From NCBI GenBank assembly GCA_964579345.1, contig CAZOHB010000001.1:1-39267 (forward strand): a DNA stretch of 39,267 nt, in the 5' to 3' direction. Shown here in pieces: positions 38,052 to 39,267 of the stretch. This DNA is from an uncultured Parasporobacterium sp. (GTDB taxonomy: Bacteria > Bacillota > Clostridia > Lachnospirales > Lachnospiraceae). The stretch's first letter is position 1. The number at the start of each line of letters is the position of its first letter. The position numbers and the translations under genes are program-made. Under the pieces are notes generated by a model. That model did not search any database, had not been told where the DNA came from, and saw only the letters and a list, made by a program, of their open reading frames with translations.

Positions 38052-39267
38052 TCAGAAATGACAGTTTTTTCGCAAATATTCGATTGCTGCCCGCGCGGCT
38101 TTTGCCCCGCTTTCCGAGACCGCGTCCACGATCCGCATGACCTTGCGGACATTCCCCGCGGCAAAGATCCCTTCGCATCCGGTCATCCCGTTTTTATCCA
38201 TGACCGGACCGCCGGTTTCGGGATCGATCGCGATCCCTGCCTCTCTTGTCAGTTCATTTTCGGGAACCAGTCCGGCTGCGATCACAAGCAGGTCGCAGTC
38301 GAGCCGCTGTTCGGTTCCTTGTTTAAAGCGGACGGTCCGGTTGGCCTGCGGGAACGTTTGAAGAAGCGGGCTGGTTTCTCTGTTTTCTGCAGCTTGCGCG
38401 CTGCACTCCTGCTCCACTTCCGCGACTGTCACTCCCGTAAGCCTGTCTTTTCCGTGGATCTCTTTCACCGTCGTCCGCAGATACAGCGGGATTCCATATG
38501 CCCTCAGGCAGTCTTCCAGATTTTGGGGAAGCCCGCCGGGATGCTCTTCTTTTTCATAAACACCGAGGACGCGGATCCCGGCCTGCGCCATCTGCCTTGC
38601 CATGATCAGGCCGACATCACCGGATCCGACGATGACCGCGGTCTTTCCCGGAATTCTTTTTTCTATATTTATAATGTACTGAAGTCTGCCGGCGGTAATG
38701 ACGCCTTCTGGTCTCGTTCCTGCAAGAAGGAGCTGGCCAGCGGTCCGTTCCCGGCAGCCCATCGCGAGGATGATTGCGCCGGCTTTGATCTGCATCAGGC
38801 CTTCAGCGGCGCTGACCGCATCGATCTCTTTTTCTTTCGTGATCCGCAGGACGGTCGTTCCGGTTTTGATCTCGACCGGAAGCTGTTTCAATTTCTCAAG
38901 TTCTTTTTCTGCATATGCGAGGCCGGTCAGGTCTTCGCTGTACCGGCTGAGTCCGAAGCCGTTGTGGACACATTGCTGCAGGATCCCGCCGAGGGTTTGA
39001 TCGCGGTCGATCAGAAGCACACGGCAGGCGGGCTCTTTCGCCGCCTCGATCGCCGCAGCGATTCCCGCCGCCCCGCCGCCGATGATGACAATGTCATATG
39101 TACTGTTTTTAACCCGGGCTCCGGTTCCTTCTGTTCGATCCTGATTCAATTGGGACAATTCTTTTTGTTCTAATAGTCTTCGGATCTTTTCCGTGCAGAA
39201 GCCACCCTGGCAGCGGCCCATCCCGGTCCCTGCCCGCAGCTTTACTTCTTCAATTGTTCTTGCGCCG
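38052..39267 (-). CDS. NAD(P)/FAD-dependent (pyridine-nucleotide-disulfide-type) oxidoreductase, 5'-partial; in frame with a BFD-like [2Fe-2S] segment
   Basis: The frame is open to the window edge: GARTIEEVKLRAGTGMGRCQGGFCTEKIRRLLEQ... is followed with no stop codon by YDIVIIGGGAAGIAAAIEAAK, a second dinucleotide fold VIVGSGDVGLIMARQ, and GIFAAGNV near the C-terminus. Confidence 0.8.
   Translation of the reverse strand, partial: GARTIEEVKLRAGTGMGRCQGGFCTEKIRRLLEQKELSQLNQDRTEGTGARVKNSTYDIVIIGGGAAGIAAAIEAAKEPACRVLLIDRDQTLGGILQQCVHNGFGLSRYSEDLTGLAYAEKELEKLKQLPVEIKTGTTVLRITKEKEIDAVSAAEGLMQIKAGAIILAMGCRERTAGQLLLAGTRPEGVITAGRLQYIINIEKRIPGKTAVIVGSGDVGLIMARQMAQAGIRVLGVYEKEEHPGGLPQNLEDCLRAYGIPLYLRTTVKEIHGKDRLTGVTVAEVEQECSAQAAENRETSPLLQTFPQANRTVRFKQGTEQRLDCDLLVIAAGLVPENELTREAGIAIDPETGGPVMDKNGMTGCEGIFAAGNVRKVMRIVDAVSESGAKAARAAIEYLRKNCHF

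Noticed and set aside
37942-38178. Longer N-terminal extensions offered by the ORF track (38178 for the membrane protein, 12944 for the P-loop protein, 20272 for uvrB, 13815 for the ADH, 26079 for the LRR protein, 20867 for the repressor)
   Set aside because: For the membrane protein, the P-loop protein, the ADH, the LRR protein and the repressor, an internal ATG preceded by a good AGGAGG-type RBS gives an N-terminus matching the family or a signal peptide. For uvrB there is no SD before ATG 20167, and I chose that start because its N-terminus aligns with UvrB. The extensions overlap neighbouring genes or encode basic low-complexity peptides.

Overview
The 39.3-kb window looks like gut-Clostridia-type Firmicutes DNA (an inference from gene content and AAGGAGG-type ribosome-binding sites). 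I found no rRNA, tRNA, CRISPR array, transposase or integrase. The window has two compositionally different parts. Part 1 (1 to about 10.3 kb) is AT-rich; my hand counts of single 60-nt lines gave 38-45% GC. It holds a truncated DUF1667 gene and a LysR-associated catabolic-type cluster: two MFS transporters, a URO-D-family protein, two paralogous amidohydrolase-2 proteins, and a divergent GroEL paralog with no GroES, wedged between a transporter and an amidohydrolase. Part 2 (about 10.3-39.3 kb) is GC-richer (spot lines 47-58%) and entirely minus-strand. It encodes a MATE efflux pump, a P-loop/DUF1980-like protein overlapping a Zn-type alcohol dehydrogenase, a rhodanese-TtcA-like fusion, uvrA and uvrB with a Cheo-type SOS box, and an orphan His-rich CsoR-family repressor. 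The most unusual block follows: a three-gene sensory operon (polytopic membrane pseudo-kinase, histidine kinase, LuxR-type regulator) sits directly upstream of two tandem giant secreted proteins. These are a 2,593-aa orphan and a 1,656-aa BspA-type LRR protein. They share only a C-terminal module of about 210 aa (Cys-repeat, two Ig-like domains, Lys-rich end FKIKVKVK) with no recognisable wall anchor. Each giant gene is followed by a conserved structured element showing compensatory stem changes, and a 183-nt imperfect palindrome lies in the leader of the second gene. The window ends in a partial BFD-like/FAD oxidoreductase gene. All family calls are from reading the translations by eye; no database search was possible.
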